Origin: Amoebophrya sp. A120
Lineage: Eukaryota > Protista > Dinoflagellata
Length of the DNA: 64,000 nucleotides
NCBI GenBank assembly: GCA_905178155.1
Contig: CAJINV010000001.1
Span: 14,756,142 to 14,820,141, forward strand
Direction: 5' to 3'
Shown one piece after another: positions 61,762-64,000 of the stretch. Positions within the stretch are counted from its first letter, which is position 1. Every line of letters begins with the position of its first letter. The notes under the pieces are model-generated. The model saw only the letters and a program-made list of their open reading frames with translations. It made no database searches and was not told where the DNA came from. Both the position numbers and the translations under genes were made by a program.

Positions 61762-62610
61762 TCAGGTGTCGTAGTATCCTTGAAGGTTGTCTGAGCCACT
61801 ATTTGATGCTTGGTCCGGGTCACCTGCATCTTCTCTTCTATTTTTCCCGGCCACGCCACGGCCGCGGCTCTCTTTTTTCCCTCCAAAGGTGGTTCCCTCA
61901 TCATCTGCACCTGCGAAGAAAAAGGCATCAAAGTTGAAATCTTCCCCGCTCTTGATACTCTGCTGCTCCACCGGTAGGCTCGTCCTCAAATTCTCTGCAT
62001 TCGTGTTTCCCGTACCGAGCCCGTGGTCCAGATCGCCGGCCGCCACCTTGCTCCCCGGTGTCCGCGAAAACCAGCGCACGTGCCACTTGTGCAATTCGCT
62101 GCAGTAGCCCGTGCAACAGCTGTAGACGACGCAGACACAGCAAATCAAAGCGAGAAAGCCTAGTAAGCCGAAGAACAGGTAAAAGTACAAACCGAACTCG
62201 TCTTTATCCGAACCCCCGGCGGTGGAGGTCCCTGCAGGCACTGGCGTCGTAGAAGTTGTTGTGGTTGTACTTGTAGTCGCTACTACTACCGCCGAGGTGC
62301 AGTTTGTAGAAGAGGAATTTGTTGCGTTCGTGCTGTTTGAAGTACTGTTATCGCAAGACGATGATGAAAACGACGATGTGGAGAGCAGCCTCAGCCATTC
62401 GTAATTTACCAGGTCATCTACTTCGGCGTCGACACTGTCAAAGGGCAGCCGCGCATGTGGCGATCTTATTTCTTCAACGGAAGAAAGCTGGGGCGGAGAT
62501 AGGTGAGCAGTCGGAGCACCATTCGTTCCCGTTGCAGTTGACGAGCTCAGGCGGGAACTCACGTCAACAAGGGAAGAACTGCTGCTCGTGGCTGGAAACG
62601 GCATGGGCAT
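61762..62610 (-). CDS. Single-pass membrane protein with S/T-rich N-terminal region and cysteine-rich juxtamembrane segment
   Basis: 282-aa ORF with an ATG start. TM segment FGLYFYLFFGLLGFLALICCVCVVY is followed by SCC. A mucin-like T/S tract with N-x-S/T sequons precedes it. Confidence 0.6.
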   Translation of the reverse strand: MPMPFPATSSSSSLVDVSSRLSSSTATGTNGAPTAHLSPPQLSSVEEIRSPHARLPFDSVDAEVDDLVNYEWLRLLSTSSFSSSSCDNSTSNSTNATNSSSTNCTSAVVVATTSTTTTTSTTPVPAGTSTAGGSDKDEFGLYFYLFFGLLGFLALICCVCVVYSCCTGYCSELHKWHVRWFSRTPGSKVAAGDLDHGLGTGNTNAENLRTSLPVEQQSIKSGEDFNFDAFFFAGADDEGTTFGGKKESRGRGVAGKNRREDAGDPDQASNSGSDNLQGYYDT

Positions 62611-62942
62611 GGCTCTTGCTCTTGGGTCTGTGAGTTTGATGAAGTCAGACTATTGTGGTTGGACTAGATTGCGCACGAATTTGACCACGACCACCTGTCA
62701 GACAACGCAACTGCGAATAAATGGAGCCCACTATGGTGCTGCAGCACAGATGTCACAGATAAAGACCTCGGCCTGTTGGAACCGCAGTACAGTAACAAAA
62801 GGAAAAGACTCTAGCTAGTCTTGCTTCAACTCCCGACCTTCACTCGCATACGGAATCTCTTCTCTCACATTCATCAACACTCTAGACTTTGTCGTGACTT
62901 TATGATCTACAACACAATCACAGAAGCGTGCTCTCACAGTAA

Positions 62943-62980
62943 ACAAGCCTCGACTTCTCAACAAGCCTCGACTTCTCAAC
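62943..62980. repeat. Short tandem duplication (18-bp unit x2)
   Basis: acaagcctcgacttctca is repeated directly twice in intergenic DNA. Confidence 0.8.
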
Positions 62981-63360
62981 GACTCCCTCTTTTGCCAATT
63001 CACCATTCATGAAAATACTGGTCTTGCCAGCCTCTGGAGAGCAGGAAGGCCACAACAAACCGCGAGCATACTCACAAGACTTGCTCTTGCTTCGACGTAA
63101 TTATGCGCAACGGCTTCAATTTCGTGTCGCTCTAATCTCATCATTTGATTTCATTGATGGGACAAGGGCTCTGTTCTAGTTTTCCTACCGCAGACTTCTA
63201 CATCCAGCAGATCCAACCGGACAAAAATGCATCAAATACAGCTTTATCATCTGACTCCCCGCCCCCCTCCTCAGGCCGAGGAAAGAAGATAAAGTTGCAA
63301 CATCCGTTAACTGTTAGTTTGACCATCTCCGTCATTTGAATAAAGTAGTGTGACAAATTA

Positions 63361-64000
63361 CTACACCATCAATTCCGGCGGTGCGTACTTGGTCAAGGTT
63401 GAGAAAAACGGGTCGCCTCCCACCCAGTCCTTGTTTTCTTCGTAGTTTGCGGGCTTGTCCAGGCCGGGGACGAACCGGAAACTGAACCACAGCGGGAAAT
63501 GGTCGGACACATGGCGGACCGAGCCCTCGTACAGCTTCTCGAGTTTGGTCGCCATCACGGGCGCCAGGTTCCGCTGGTCGTAAAAGATCCAATCCAGCGT
63601 CTGGTCCGGCAGCTGCTCCTCACAGGGGTCCGAGGGCCGCGCGGGGTGGGTGCTTGGAATGCGCAGCTGCAGACCACTGAAACAGTCCTGCATGAAGGGA
63701 AGCGCCTGTCGCAGCACCTGTTTGGGTCCGAACGCGCAGTTCAGATCGCCACAGAAAATCAGCGCCGGGGGGGCGAGCGGGGTGGTGGAAAACGGTCCAG
63801 CGGACGAGGACGAGGAGCCAGCATTTCCCGCTGTCTGGTGCGCGACAGTTTGTTGCAGCAGTACTGGCGACACGGAGGGCGTGCGACTCGAAGATTGCTT
63901 GCTTGTGGGTCCCACCAACTCCGCGCTGCTGGACAAGTCGCCCGCAAGACGGGGACTCGTCAAGTGGCTCTCGATATCATTGTCCACAAGCTGTCTGTTG
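63361..64000 (-). CDS. Endonuclease/exonuclease/phosphatase (EEP) family protein, C-terminal part (gene continues beyond the window)
   Basis: Catalytic motifs LIFCGDLNC, TLDWIFY and VSDHFPLWFSF in the expected order. Confidence 0.85.
   Translation of the reverse strand, partial: NRQLVDNDIESHLTSPRLAGDLSSSAELVGPTSKQSSSRTPSVSPVLLQQTVAHQTAGNAGSSSSSAGPFSTTPLAPPALIFCGDLNCAFGPKQVLRQALPFMQDCFSGLQLRIPSTHPARPSDPCEEQLPDQTLDWIFYDQRNLAPVMATKLEKLYEGSVRHVSDHFPLWFSFRFVPGLDKPANYEENKDWVGGDPFFSTLTKYAPPELMV

Overview
This is eukaryotic, intron-containing genomic DNA. About 14 reconstructable protein genes all lie on the minus strand. They encode a coiled-coil membrane protein, an ALMT/FUSC-like transporter, CEP76, an AMSH-type JAMM deubiquitinase, a VP39-like cap 2'-O-methyltransferase, an R3H/SUZ RNA-binding protein, a tandem cupin, an EF-hand-like/coiled-coil protein, a cytochrome b5-fusion front-end desaturase, a DHHC palmitoyltransferase, a single-pass membrane protein, a partial EEP hydrolase and two hypotheticals. 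One-strand gene order, proteins swollen with low-complexity inserts, and inverted-repeat introns suggest a syndinian dinoflagellate such as Amoebophrya (inference). The main signal is four non-autonomous DNA-transposon-like inserts in coding sequence (27136-28302, 35219-35477, 43574-43826, 44168-44378). They belong to three sequence families but share TAT...ATA termini, related TIRs, an internal TCATGCA motif and exact 5-bp target-site duplications, and their removal restores the reading frame (introners). Their geometry suggests an nT...An splice rule that borrows one base from each TSD and adds one codon; one copy thereby forms a canonical GT-AG intron. All exon structures were inferred by eye and need RNA-seq confirmation.
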